Source: Octopus vulgaris (Eukaryota). Taken from it: DNA of 64,000 bases. Under the pieces are notes generated by a model that made no database searches, had not been told where the DNA came from, and saw nothing but the letters and a program-made list of their open reading frames with translations. Made by a program: the position numbers and the translations under genes. Within the stretch, counting starts at the first letter, position 1. Every line of letters begins with the position of its first letter. Of this stretch, positions 37,991-51,291 are shown in pieces. The stretch is from NCBI GenBank assembly GCA_951406725.2, contig OX597816.1, positions 105,772,001-105,836,000 on the forward strand, in the 5' to 3' direction.

Positions 37991-38210
37991 CAAATTTAGG
38001 GAATGGAGCTGATAAAATCCAGGCTACATATGTTTCCTAGCCAGCAGAACTTCAGAAGTAGTAATTACCCAAATAAACGGTACTCCACTAGCTACTCATC
38101 AGGCGAAATAACTAGCTGAGCATCTCTTGTTTGGTTAATTATTACTTGAGGTTCTCCTAGCTAGGAAACATATGTAGCCCAGATTTTATTTACTCCATTC
38201 CCTAAATTTG
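37991..38210. mobile_element. Foldback element with hammerhead-like arms
   Basis: CAAATTTAGGGAATGGAG...CTCCATTCCCTAAATTTG termini with imperfect complementarity over ~95 bp; both arms carry GAAACATATGTA; one CTGATGA (minus, 38096-38102) near the centre. Confidence 0.8.
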
Positions 38211-38424
38211 GATTTTCATTTACATACACAGCAACCCCAGTTGCTAACCATGAACTATAAAATAACTTGTTTCAGCTTATTGAACTTTGATATGGGAAAA
38301 ATTACAACCTTCTGCATCAATAAACCACTGTTGTTCTTGAAAATTGTTTTTTATACTTTTTACAGACTGTTCAAAGCTGACTAACTTCCTACACCTTGAT
38401 CCTTGGGTCTTATCGTTATATATT

Positions 38425-38473
<49 letters not shown>

Positions 38474-39137
38474 CTTTTAATGGAATGGGTTCCTACAAGC
38501 AGTCTTCCACTTTTTTATCTAAAGCGTTTTTATAGCTCAATATTTACATGCTATTATTTATAGCTTTATCTGCTCTATGATCCACCATTCCATAAAAAAT
38601 TATTCCACATTTTCTCAAGTTTACAAATTCTTGATGTCAAAAATATGCACACGCGCACACACACACACATATATACATACATATATACAAGCCCATATTA
38701 TAGCCTACATTTAGGTGGCTAAATTTAACCTATTGCTTGTCTTAGTTCACTCTATCCTAACTTTTCCTTCCTGTATGGCCTGTCATTACCCAATGTCCTC
38801 TGGACTGCAAGCATACTCTTGCACCATCACTTGCATGCACTTTAGATCCCTCGTATCCCCCTGTCATCTCAAGCATTGTCTTGAATATACATACCTTTCT
38901 CAGAGTACCGAGAACTCCTATCAACCCATTCATTATCATACATCTCTCTCATTGCTGCCTCCCCTGTCTCTATGACTCATGCTTCTTACTCTGTAAAGAA
39001 TTTAGTGAGTAAACAAATATGTGGGGGTTAAGAGATTTCTTTAGATGTGTCAGAGACATGACTACCTTTCTGGTGATGGTATCATGAAAAATGTATTCAG
39101 TACCTTCTGCAAAGCATGAGGTTATGAGATCCCTTAA

Positions 39138-39356
39138 CCCTTTAGTGTTCAGATTATTCAATCAAACATAATGCCTATTAATTCCCATTGATTTGAATTA
39201 ATCATGCATTATCTCATATCTTCAAGATCTTGATGGTGTAATTACTTAATGTAGAATAACATTATAGGGTAGGTGTGAGAGCCTGGATCTGGTCAGTTTG
39301 AACATAAAACAGATTAACTATTTTGGCCGGATATGGCCGGTTTAAATACTAAAGGG
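39138..39356. mobile_element. piggyBac-type MITE (219 bp)
   Basis: TTAA|CCCTTTAGTGTT...AATACTAAAGGG|TTAA: 12-bp TIRs with one mismatch and a TTAA duplication. Confidence 0.88.
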
Positions 39357-40029
39357 TTAATCCTGTCAAGGACACACACCCCACCCCACTCGTACTAGTG
39401 TCATGAAAAAATATTACCCAGTACACTGTGTAAAGTGGTTGGAGTTAGGAAAGCATCCAGTCATAAAAAGCGATTCCCTGACCCACCAAAGATAGCAGTA
39501 CCCACTCCAATATGTGGTGATTCCAATCTTGGCAATCTCTTCAACCCACATCAACACAGAAAACAGACTTTTTTGCTTTGTCTTGAAAAGGATTTATTTT
39601 TTCACCAGGTTCTGTAAATTTTGTAGTTCATGTCTGGTTTCATCTGCTAAACTTCATCCAGTGCACACATTTTTACATATTGCTTACTGTAAGCATTTCA
39701 CCTGCAACCACATCTCTCTCTCTCTCTCTCTCTCCCCATTGCCTGTTTTCATTTCTTCTAATTTCTGCTAGTTGCTCATGCTTTTCCTATAAGGCAATTT
39801 ACATCTGTTTGTCTTTCATTCTTTAGAAGCTGGACTACTCAAATGAGTATTTTCATGCCTTTATTATTTTCTGCTTTCTTGGTCACAGGCCACACTATAT
39901 TTTCTTTTAACATCAATTTGTGGCAGAGCTCAGATGTGTTCTTGAAACTACATAGGCACCTAAAACAATAGGCAAAATCGTGGTAATTGCTACCAAATGA
40001 TACTCTCTTGTGAAAGACAACAAAGGTAT

Positions 40030-40104
<75 letters not shown>

Positions 40105-40497
40105 TATTATTCTAAATACCATCATGAATTGGAACACCCTGACAAGCAACTTATTTCTATGAAGTATATTTGTAAAGATAACTCCACCATAAAAAGGAAG
40201 AAAATTCCTAACTATAGACCAATTAACAAGACTTTTACTAACCAGATTCTTATTAATACCAATATTTCTAATGATATAAACAATAATATAAACAATTGTA
40301 ATGTTACAAACAGTCATTACAGGCAAAACATTAACATAGCTGGAAATAGTAACACGAAACAATGTCTTTTCACAAAAAAATCTCCTCTTTTTTCTTCACA
40401 TACTCTTAATTTCCCACACAACTGCATAATCCATTTTAATGATGTTCAATACTTTAATAATAATAATATTATTACTAATAATAATAATAATAATAAC

Positions 40498-40580
<83 letters not shown>

Positions 40581-40582
<2 letters not shown>

Positions 40583-41023
40583 TTCTGCTCAATACCACAG
40601 ATTTGCTTGTCAGTTGTTTGAATTAACCAGTTGAGCATGTCCCTTAGTGGCTAATATGTGCATCTCTGATCACGAGCAGAAGTAGTGGGGGAGCATCATA
40701 GCCATGTGTTGAGAGGGATGCTTTGGGGTTTGAATAGTTCACCTCTGGAAACATGGGTGGTTCTTTCAACATCCTTAAACAACCCTTATTCGGGGACCGT
40801 TTGAGCGGGATGGGCTACTCAACCTGAAGAAAATTCAAACTGGGCCCCACCTGCAAGGTCATGTGCTGTTTATCTTGATATGAGATCACCATGTCGTGCA
40901 CATATGGTTGTGATGCATGTGCCTGGTGTACCTTTATCAGACGGGTAGTCATGATGGGTATATTGGGCTTCGTATATTTTACCCCAGTGTCACTTTGATG
41001 GCATGAACTGCTCTCTCACTCAA
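40581..41023 (+). mobile_element. Retroelement 3' end embedded in (AAT)n (probable Dong/R4-type 3' UTR)
   Basis: GC-richer ~440-bp block flanked on both sides by long (AAT)n; TAA-repeat targeting is known for Dong. Family assignment is inference. Confidence 0.55.
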
Positions 41024-41099
41024 TAATAATAATAATAACAACAACAACAACAACAACAATAAGAAGAAGAATATTAGTAATGGTAGTGATAATACGAGG

Positions 41100-41959
41100 T
41101 AAAAAGAAACCTATACTATATATTCGAATGGGTAACCCATCTAATAAAAACCACAATACCGATAAGAAACACAATAATAACATAATTTGGATTATATTTC
41201 CTTTTGCTGAACATTTGAAGCCTAACTTTATAAAGTCTATTCGTTCTATTACTAAATCTAATTTTAGTAAATCTAGGTATGCTGGGATATTCAATAACAG
41301 AATGATTAAATTTGGCTTTTCTGTTTCTCCAAACTTATTTAGAGTTATTTCTTCCTTTAACAATAAAAAACTAAATCTTTACTACAAGAATTTAACCTCC
41401 TGTACTACTAACTGTAACCCAAATTACTCCAATAGCCCTATATTTTCTGCCAACGATTCCCATACCCACAAACTCTAGCTCTTTCAATACATATACACAT
41501 AACAGCAGTATGTCTAATATTAATAACAACTGTAACTGTAGAAACCCTAACACCTGTGAGGTTAAAGGTAATTGTAAATTGAATAATGTTGTATATAAAG
41601 CTACTATTACAACACATGATCTCTCTAGGTTCCATCATGTAGGTTGCACACAGATTCCTTTTAAATTACATTTGAATAATCATAAATCATCAGTTAATGA
41701 TCCTCAGAAAGAAAGTAGTACTAGACTATCCAAAAAGGTATGGCAACTTAAAAGAGATAACATGAATTTCTCAAATTCTTGGAATATTGTTTCTTCTGCC
41801 CCTTCTTATAGGATTAGAAATAGAAATAGAGCTTGTCTATTATGCCCAGAGGAATCTTATATAATTATGAAAATGAATGGTTCTATCTTAAATTTGAGAT
41901 ATGAAAGAATTTTTTCTTGTAAACATATGTCCAAATTCCTTTTCATTAACCTTAAATAG
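41100..41959 (+). pseudogene. Naiad-like Penelope element C-terminal region with GIY-YIG endonuclease
   Basis: NIIWIIFPF...IFNNRMIKFGFSVSPNL (IIWFNPPF-like) then CNCRNPNTCEVKGNC..NNVVYKATI..HVG..FK.HLNNHKSS..TRLSKKVWQLK..W.I..CLLCPEE..LN.R.E..SCKH; may extend upstream to ~40100. Confidence 0.85.
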
Positions 41960-42120
41960 TTTTATTGATTACTTCCTTCTTTTTTTTTAGTTCTTATTAT
42001 ATTCTCAGATATTTTGTGTATGTATATCTTCTCTGTGTGTGCATGTACGTATGAGTCCCTGTGTGGCAATGTTTATGCACTTGTGTTCTTGGTTACATAT
42101 ATATATATGTATGTATATAT

Positions 42121-42172
<52 letters not shown>

Positions 42173-42503
42173 ATATATACATACATATATATGTATGTAT
42201 AAACGTGTGTGTATGTTTTATGTGTGTGTGTGTATGTATGCATGCATATATATATATTTGCATGTAGGTATGTATGTGCACTGTTTTCTATATTTTATGT
42301 GTATATGCTTATTTATGTGCATGTTTATGTATGTGAGTATATATCTACATGTGTATATATATGTATATGTATGTGTGTGTGTATATATGTATATACATAT
42401 ATGTGTGTATATAAATAGCGGGGTGGCGTCATTCGAAGGCTAAAAAAAAATGCAAACGCATTGTGACCAGCGATGTGTAACTACATCTGATGGTCTGGTC
42501 GGT

Positions 42504-42566
<63 letters not shown>

Positions 42567-42571
<5 letters not shown>

Positions 42572-42987
42572 TTATCACCAAGCTAACATGTCAGTCCAGA
42601 ACAATAGGACGAATGCTGCTGTTGATTAACTCCAAGAGGCCATCGCCTCTAGCTAGCTATGTGACACATGAACCTGTGTCCATTATAACCTTCGAACAGG
42701 GGAGGTCAGCTGCTTCCCCTTGCTGGTCTGGCATCTACAGACTAGTTTCAGGGTATCTAGAGTAGCCAATGTAGAGTAGCCAAACCCAGCAGGCATCGCT
42801 ACTGACCGCCTGTTCAAAGGATTATTTACCTAAAATTCAGTGGAATACATCCACTGGTTTTCTAAAATAGAAATATTAATATTTCTAAGTCTCTCTAAAG
42901 AAGACTACGGCAGCAGTACTGGAGCTAATCAATGGCAGCATTCATCCTATTGTTCTGGACTGCCATGCTAGCTTGGCGATAACTATT
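42567..42987. mobile_element. 421-bp MITE-like element with ~68-bp TIRs
   Basis: aatagttatcaccaagctaacatgtcagtccagaacaatagg... mirrors ...cctattgttctggactgccatgctagcttggcgataactatt with about seven mismatches; lies between (TA)n and a truncated mariner. Confidence 0.85.
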
Positions 42988-42989
42988 AA

Positions 42990-43753
42990 TATCCAGTAGA
43001 CTTGCAAGGCCCCTCTTCCAAAATGCACTTGTCTGTGATGAAAAATACTCCTCCAGTACTGTTCTGACCTCATCTACAGAATTTATATTTTTTCCATCCA
43101 AATGATTTTGAAGATTGCAGAATAAATTATAATCATATGGGGCAATGTCCAGCAAATATGGTGGGTGTTTCCCATTCAAACTGCTCCAGCCTTTGAAATG
43201 TCATCCTCACTGTATGTGGCCATGCAATTAGACTCGAAAAGTTTGTGACCCAATTTGCTGACTTTTCCTATGACACAAAGGTGTCAATGAATGGTTGAAG
43301 GACCAAATTTAAGCTTCTCTGCTAGTTCCTCAACAGTTACAATGGTATTTTGTTCAACCACAGTTTGTAGGATGTCCTCATCAAGCTTACAGATCTTCCA
43401 GGATGAGGCTCATCTAGGCTGTAGTTTCCAGCTAGGAATTTCTGGAACCACCATTGACACTGGCTTATGCATATTGTCTGATCCCCACATACTGCATTAA
43501 TATTCCTAACACTTTCCGTTGCGTTGTTGCCTTTATTGAACTCATAAAACAAAAGAATGCTGAATATGCCCCGTTGTCACCTCTATTATAACTTTGAAAA
43601 AATAACTGTTCAAATCAAAGTAAACTGTTCAAAGCTAGCACAAAGAATAAGGACAAGGTAAAATCACTACCTGCCTCTATAGCAAGTTGTTTATCCTATC
43701 TCCTAACTTTTAGTTTATGCAATTGAAAAAAAATGCATTATTTAGGGGATGAC

Positions 43754-43757
<4 letters not shown>
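42990..43757 (-). mobile_element. Internally deleted mariner (Hsmar1/cecropia-like)
   Basis: TA|TTGGGTCATCCCCTAAATAATGC TIR; YEFNKGNNATESVRNINAV...QWWFQKF...GR and HPPYLLDIAPYDYNLFCNLQNHLDGK (YSPDLAPxDY motif). Confidence 0.9.
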
Positions 43758-43811
<54 letters not shown>

Positions 43812-44037
43812 AGGGTTAATCAATAAATATCCAGACTGGTGCCATAGTAATGAAGCTAAAGAATGCAGAGTAAAGCTACTTGACACAGATTGACCCTGCA
43901 TGTACACTAAGTTTTGATATTCTAGCTCACTTCCGCTGTTTACAGCAAAGTTCAAGATCAATCTGTGCCAAGCAGCTTTACTATGTGTGCCTTAGCTTCG
44001 TTACTATGGCAACAGTCTGGATACTTATTGATCAGTC

Positions 44038-44098
<61 letters not shown>

Positions 44099-46366
44099 AA
44101 TATAATCATTTGGCTGTAATTAATTTTCACCTATTTATTCTAGTAATGTTCAAGCTTGCTTCCTATGGACTCAGTAAGAATCAAATAGAGCTAATGACTG
44201 AATGTTGACATTATACAGAGCTATAGGAAGATGACATTAGAATATGATATTGCTTTTAAGAGAAAAACATACATGAATAGTAAGGAATTTTAGGGCCATA
44301 TACAGTAACAATGTAAATTTCTATCTATATGGTTCCAACTGTTTTATAAACTACTTTTACTAATAATTTCACTATTTCTTTCAATTCACGTTCACAGAAT
44401 TACGATATAATATTCATGTTCACAAAATTATGATATAATATGCACTTTTATTTATCATCATTTAATCTTCATGCTTCATACTGGTATGGATTGGCTATTT
44501 TGACAGGAACCAATATTTCCAAGGACTGCATTAAGCTCCAGTATCTGATTTGGCATGGTCTTTATGGCTGAATGTCCTTCCTAATGCCAACCACTTTACA
44601 GCTTTGACTGGGTGTTTTTTTTTTAGCAGGAGAGGGCACCTGTATTACTGAGATCACCATGCAGTTTGCACCCTGGGGTAGGTGAGGGGAGGTCAGTCTC
44701 ATTACTAGGGAACAAGGGGATCACTATAAGGTGATGGGTATGGGGGCAGGCAGAGCATGCTCGTGAAGAAGGATCTGCATGGCTACAAAATCTGAATCAT
44801 TATTTTCTTGTTATAAGATTCATATTTGGTTACATATTTACTTGATATGCTGGAAATAACATCTCAAGCAATTTTACTGTCTTAAAAAAATTATTGTTCT
44901 ACATACATTGCGTAGAAGTGAAACAAAATAAGATGGTCAAAGCAACAACAAATTTACCATAGATTTGACCACAGATTTACAGATAACAACCAAAGTCATA
45001 GAAAATGACTGATGGTCTGTGGTGGCAAACATTATTAACAAATTTAATTAAGTTTGTATGCTGTCATGAGTAATGATTTTCAAGCAAAGCCTTTCTTCAG
45101 AGAGAGAAATTTAAACTCTTTAGGATAGCACCAAGCAAATACTCAAATCCTTTTACCCATGAAGCTAAGTTTGAACTTCTAAAAGGTGACAGTTTGTTTC
45201 CACTTTTATGTTCCTGATTTATTATTGCTGAATGTGACATGAGATGAATATTTTATCCAACCACTTCATCAGCAGCCCTGAGATAATGGAATCTGAATAG
45301 CCACAGTAAATGTTCACTTAGCTTTCATCCTTTTATCTTAACATTGATGTCTCAAAGATTAATTCATTGCAATTCGAATAAATATAGTATTTCAAGAGTA
45401 GATCAATTGATAACAGGAAACCGCTGACTATTATGATATTTCTAATTTCAATATATGACAATATATTGCTACATTTTTACTCCAGGTCAAGCTCTTACCG
45501 AGTAGACCTATGATCAACAGCTTAAGAGAACATTAATAACACCAATCTCATTGGGCTTGGAGTTCCCATAAAGATCATGGACACAATCCCTTCCTTCAAA
45601 CCTAGCAAAAACAAAAACAAAACATTCCTGCCATGATTATACCTTATTTATGTATATCAAAGTTTTTACTGTTCAATGTATCCTTCTTGTAAATGTTTAG
45701 CCCTTGGCCATCCCATATTGCATGTCAGTTATTCAAGTCACAGCATATCTAATGTAACTTCTTTGTTTAAGACAGTATGGTGTCATTTGAGGGAGATTAG
45801 TCTACTATTTCTAGCAGTTGGAGTAACTGTGGCTCCCTTCATTGGCTCATATTAGTTTTCATAAATATCTCCAATTTCACTTACTTTATATGGAAATATA
45901 TAGAGTTTTGATACAAAATTTGTAGATAAATACATACATACTTCACCAGTATATCATAAGAATATTTACAATAATGCAAAGAAGTTTATATTTTCATGAA
46001 GTGAAACACATTGGAAATCATATGCAACATTCACAAGAAAATAAAAAGATTGATTGAATGAATGCATGTTTGATAATGCATTCTTGATAATAAGCTTTAA
46101 AATCTAGCAGATTATCTTGTCACATTGGGAATGTAGTGTTGAAAAAAATGTACATAAAGTGACAACAAATGGAGTAAATCTCAGTCAATAATAACTATTT
46201 GTTTTAATATTTACAGAGATTGGATAACATTGTTTTCTGCTACTTTGTTTTGCAAAAGTACACAAGTGAGAACTTTGGTATTTTAAATTCAACCAGAAAC
46301 AAACAAGTAATTAAGCATATAAATAAACAGAATAAAAGTAGATAACTACACACACACACACACACA

Positions 46367-47015
46367 CACCCGACAGAAGTAAATAGGCACACCGTAAAAA
46401 CTCATTTTATGTATATTTTAACTTGTAAAGGTTTATATTTTTTATTAAATGACATTTTTATGTTTCAGGTTTTATATGTGGCTGTTAAATCATACCATGT
46501 ATAAAAGAAGTCTTGGAACTGTTTGAATTTCTAAGAGGCCATATTGTGGGTCAATCTGAAGGTGGACATAGCATAAAATCACAGAAAAGCTCGGGATCCT
46601 ATTTTCTACAGTAAATAGAGTGATTTTGCAATTCACCAGAGCGGGGAAGGAGTCAACATCACCTCACCCAGGTTGACCAGGCCTCTCTGACAGGACCCTT
46701 CTCTTTGTTAAAAGAAGTGTGGAGGATAATCCTCACTGCAAGGCCTCTGATATAGCAAAACATGTTGATATCAGTCCCAGAACAGCTGTTGGGTATCTCC
46801 ACAAATTTGGTTACTATGGCAGTGCAGCAAGAAAAAAACCACTTATTTGACCAGCCAATATCAAGCAGAGAAAAGATTGGGCCAGTGAGATGGTGGAGAG
46901 GCCACAAGCATTTTGGGACACTGTCATATTCTCCAATGAGTCCAGATTTGCTGTATTTTCTGACAGTGGTTGAGTGTGGGTTTGGAGACTCTGTGATCAA
47001 GAATTTGATGTGAAA
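46367..47015 (+). mobile_element. Tc1-type transposon, 5' half
   Basis: ELFEFLRGHIVG, STVNRVILQF, GYYGSAARKKPLI and FWDTVIFSNESRF..G*VWVWR (first catalytic-D region); truncated after QEFDVK. Confidence 0.9.
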
Positions 47016-47229
47016 GTGCACTACCGCTTCAACTTTCTCCATCCCAAAGTTCTCTGTTGTTGGAATTATACACGATGTTGATGTCATGTCTGAGTTTGTG
47101 ATTTTAAAGGTCTTTGCGATACGCAGACTCTCAATGACATCAATCTCATCTGTAAGGTACATGCCTGTTTTGTCCTAAACGATACAAGTGATGTGTTACT
47201 TTATTTTGTTAGGATTTTGAAAGTTTCAT

Positions 47230-47414
<185 letters not shown>

Positions 47415-47998
47415 TAAACATGCACACTTATATAATACATATGTAATATACATCCATATGGTAGATGATGATGATGTATTACATAAATGAATACTGGATA
47501 CACAAATATTCAAAAATAATATCACAGCAGCATCAATGAAAAAAATAAAGCTTATATTTAAAATAATCAGTCACAGTGAAAGGAATCTTTTAAGCAAGTT
47601 AAATTGGAAATATTTGAAATAACAAACTGCCAAATATTCAATTTGTAGTTTTACAGTAAAATGTAATATTGAATAATGCTATAGATAGGAAAATAAGTAA
47701 ATTTAGAAATTTGTTCATTGGGGCATGTATTTATTTGGTTATCTGAGATCTATCATTAGATTTACATTTGAAATTGTCAACTCTCAGTTGTTTAGATATA
47801 TATGTATGTATCTAGAAGATCAAAACCACTATATCTATATATATGGCAGTTTTGATCTTTCCAATACTTTAACTGACTTAAGAGGTTGCCATCACCAGCA
47901 AATTATTTCAATAAAGACTGTTCTTCCATTTTCTTTACATACACAATATATTGAAACATACTGAAACACATGTACAACTGTAAGCTTTATATATATAT

Positions 47999-48362
47999 AG
48001 GCACGGCTGTGTGGTGAGAAGCTTGCTTCCAAACCATATGGCTCTGGGTTCAGTTCCACTGCATGGCACCTTGGGCAAAATGTCTTCTGCTATAGCCGCA
48101 GGCTGACCAAAGCCTTATGAGTGGATTTGGTAAGCAGGAACTGAAAGAAGCCCATCGTGTGTGTGTGTATGTGTGTGTTTGTCCCCCTCCTTGTTTGACA
48201 ACTAGTGTTGGTATATTTACATCCCTGTAACTTGGCAAAAGAGGCCGATAAAATAAATACCAGGCTTAAAAATAAAAACTGGGGTCAATTCATTCAACTA
48301 AAGATTCTTCAAAATAGTACCCCAGCATGATGATAGTTTAATAATTGAAAGAGGTAAAAGAT
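47999..48362 (+). mobile_element. Family B SINE
   Basis: ggctgtgtggtgagaagcttgcttcc...gggttcagttccactgcatggcaccttgggcaa. Confidence 0.85.
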
Positions 48363-48462
48363 ATATAGATGATGATGATGATGATGATGATATAAGAAAT
48401 TTATAAGGCTGCCATTTGTGAAATATTGCATCTTTATATTTTAGTGAAGTAACATAAAATAC

Positions 48463-48575
48463 CTGCAAAAGGTAACCCTATTCTTCCTGTATGAGGAATA
48501 GCCTTTGTAGCAACAAATATCCAAGAGAGGCAACAATTGGAAATGATTTCTATCACAATATCACTATCAATGTCC
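48463..48575 (-). CDS. Candidate internal exon (113 nt, phase 2 to 1)
   Basis: Acceptor ccttcttctttAG, frame DIDSDIVIEIISNCCLSWIFVATKAIPHTGRIGLPFA, donor CAG|GTATTT. Confidence 0.3.
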
Positions 48576-51212
48576 CTAAAGAAGAAGGTAGCTGATTCAA
48601 GCTACCAATACCTGCAAATTCACAAAACTTATAAAGAATCTCCACTAAATTATACAGGATATTTGCATTGCAATACTCACTTGCCACACCTATATGTCAT
48701 CACCACCTTTTTGAAGTGCTACAATAAATAATAACATTATTTGGTAGAAAATTACTTATTCTTAGGGGAAAGAGCTTTTCACAAGGTTTTTCTTTCAGTA
48801 GAAGAGTGAACAAAAAGAAATCTTTGGCACTCCTGCGCAATTTTTCATCTTAATACTAATGTAAGAGTTTTAATTGTCACCACACTAATGACAATATGTC
48901 TTATGCTCAACTTGTATGCCATAGTGATTGGGTGTTGCAAACATAGTGAAGGTAAAATTCTCAATGTTATTAGTACCCCCATTTGCTGATACCATTGAAA
49001 TTCATTTTCATTTTCACACTAATAGCAAGGAAGATTTTATTCAACATGTTTGATAAAATTATTCTTTAAATTTTTTTAAATGCACAGTGGTTGTCATCAT
49101 GAGGTATTTTTACTATGAAAAAATGAATAAGTTGACAAATTAAACAGTGAAATTATGTAAAATCTCCTATGAAATTCTATTTTTCTTATTAATGGTACAT
49201 CTAATAGATACAGAGTTGATGACAGCCAGGTAGCATTGTATCTATTAGAAATTTTAAATTCTTTCCATATCGGTGGTGTATACCTTCTTACATCTTCAAG
49301 GTAAAAATTATAGCTCCATAATGGTGTTGAGAAGTCCTGGTCACCAAAATGGCCATTACAATGGTTTACATTAGAGTTTTATTTACACCAGCTATTTTGA
49401 TAAATGCAAGTAAAATGACTGGTGTTGCAGAAAACTGTATTTTGCTAATTTCACTTATCAATCAGTAACCATCTAATATCGAATCTGTCATTTACCATGA
49501 GTTGTCAATTCCTAATCAGACTTCAACCTGTCATTCAATAAGGAATAAATTCAAGGGCAAAACTTATCAAAATGTAACATTTGTCTCCTTATTCCCAATT
49601 TTCACATATGGTCACATATATTGTTATCAGCTGAGTTGAGAATCCTTTTAACCTAAAGATATTTGCAAGTAAAAATCAGTTTAATATAGCAAAATATTTA
49701 CTATAACAGTTGTCCCAATGATGAAAACAAAATTTATAAAAAGTACTATCTATACAGAGATGGTTTGAGTTTTAAAATTTTGCGGATGTAGAACACTGTG
49801 TATAATATTGTGTATAGAAAAATAAAAAGAAAAAGATATTTTGTTTTATTAAACAGTTATTTTATTTCTAGTTTGAGTTACTTTTCATTTACTTATTTCT
49901 TTTCTTAATGTACAGCTATATGACGATGAAACAAAATATCATTCATTCCATTCATAAAACAATGGGCAGTGGGTCATGTACTCATATAATAAATTAAATA
50001 AATTAAAAAAATAACACAATAGAGGCATTCATTGGCATATTCAATTAAAGGAAGAAATCCTTAACATTAATATATGAATAATATATAAAGGTTTTTAACT
50101 GTGCCAGACCTGCTCTGGTCTTCACTGTCTTCTCCACAGAAATAGCAGTCTGCATCACATGCTTAACATAAAACACATCCAGACCTTTTAATAATTAATT
50201 AACAATCATCATGCATGCACACACATACACATCAATGTGCTTTGTGTTGTATTTTTAATAATAATACAATGGTACCTGTTCTTTTGATCTAGCAATCTAT
50301 ATACACCATTCCTCTTTAGTAAAACTCACACACCACTCCTCTTCCCAGTGTCTCTACTGCAACCCTCTGGAACATTCTCTCAACCTGCCCTTCTCTTACA
50401 GATATGAATCAACAGAAGTTCAAGTTAAATATAAAACTATATTGGTCATACTGTCTGGAAGCATATGTAAAAGCCATGAGAAGATATGCAAAGGCCCTAC
50501 TTCTTTGGTTACTATCTATACCACCCATATAACCTTTGTAACTATATATATCTAAATACCTACAAACAACTAGATAATCAACATTGACATGAACACTAGT
50601 ATATCATTATAAACATATCTTTTCTTCCATGATATCTTTCCAGGTGATACAGACAAGCTAAACAACTCATGTACACCAAAGTAACTAGCCATACTAGGCT
50701 TCAATTTTGAGCTAAGTTATTTATTTATTACATATCACAATTGGCAACGAAGAGTTTTATTGATTATAGGTTTCGAAAGGAGCAATCTTCAGTTCATTGC
50801 ATTCAGACAGCATGAGTGACAGGAAGTGTTTATAACTCAGTAGAATAATTTTATTCAAAGATCAACAATTTTCACTGATATTTATTAGAGAAAAATATAT
50901 ACTCATACATCGTAAGTATACCTAAGTTCTTAGTTATATGCATGAATATTCAACTGGCTGCATACTCACAAACTTATTAAAGTTCATGTCATAATTTAAA
51001 TTGCTGTTGAGAAACTGAACAATAAGAAAATTTAAACCAAACCATGCCAAATTAAATAGATAAAACTGACAAAGAATTGGTGTTGGGTGAAACTCATAGA
51101 ATAAAATCAAAACATTGAGTGAGAAAAGCAAGTTAACTATACACATTTTAAACATTTATAACTTCCAGATAGCAAATGGCAAATATGTTTGCCTGTGAGT
51201 GAGTGAGAGGTG

Positions 51213-51290
<78 letters not shown>

Positions 51291-51291
51291 A

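Noticed and set aside
39997-40626. 209-aa ORF with poly-Asn
   Set aside because: Stitched from (TA)n, (GA)n and (AAT)n tracts plus probable PLE remnant; not a credible host gene.
44384-44439. 28-bp tandem duplication (and a 22-bp one near 21714-21755)
   Set aside because: Simple local slippage duplications with no further structure.
46659-47162. 167-aa minus-strand ORF
   Set aside because: About two thirds is antisense to the Tc1 transposase; only the first part is considered separately.
49180-49400. Faint Tc1/mariner WP..SPDL..KVY-like remnant on the minus strand
   Set aside because: Only scattered residues across frameshifts; cannot be supported without a search.
50110-50161. 52-nt minus-strand exon candidate
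   Set aside because: Weak acceptor and donor; the phase needed to fit the exon chain contains a stop.
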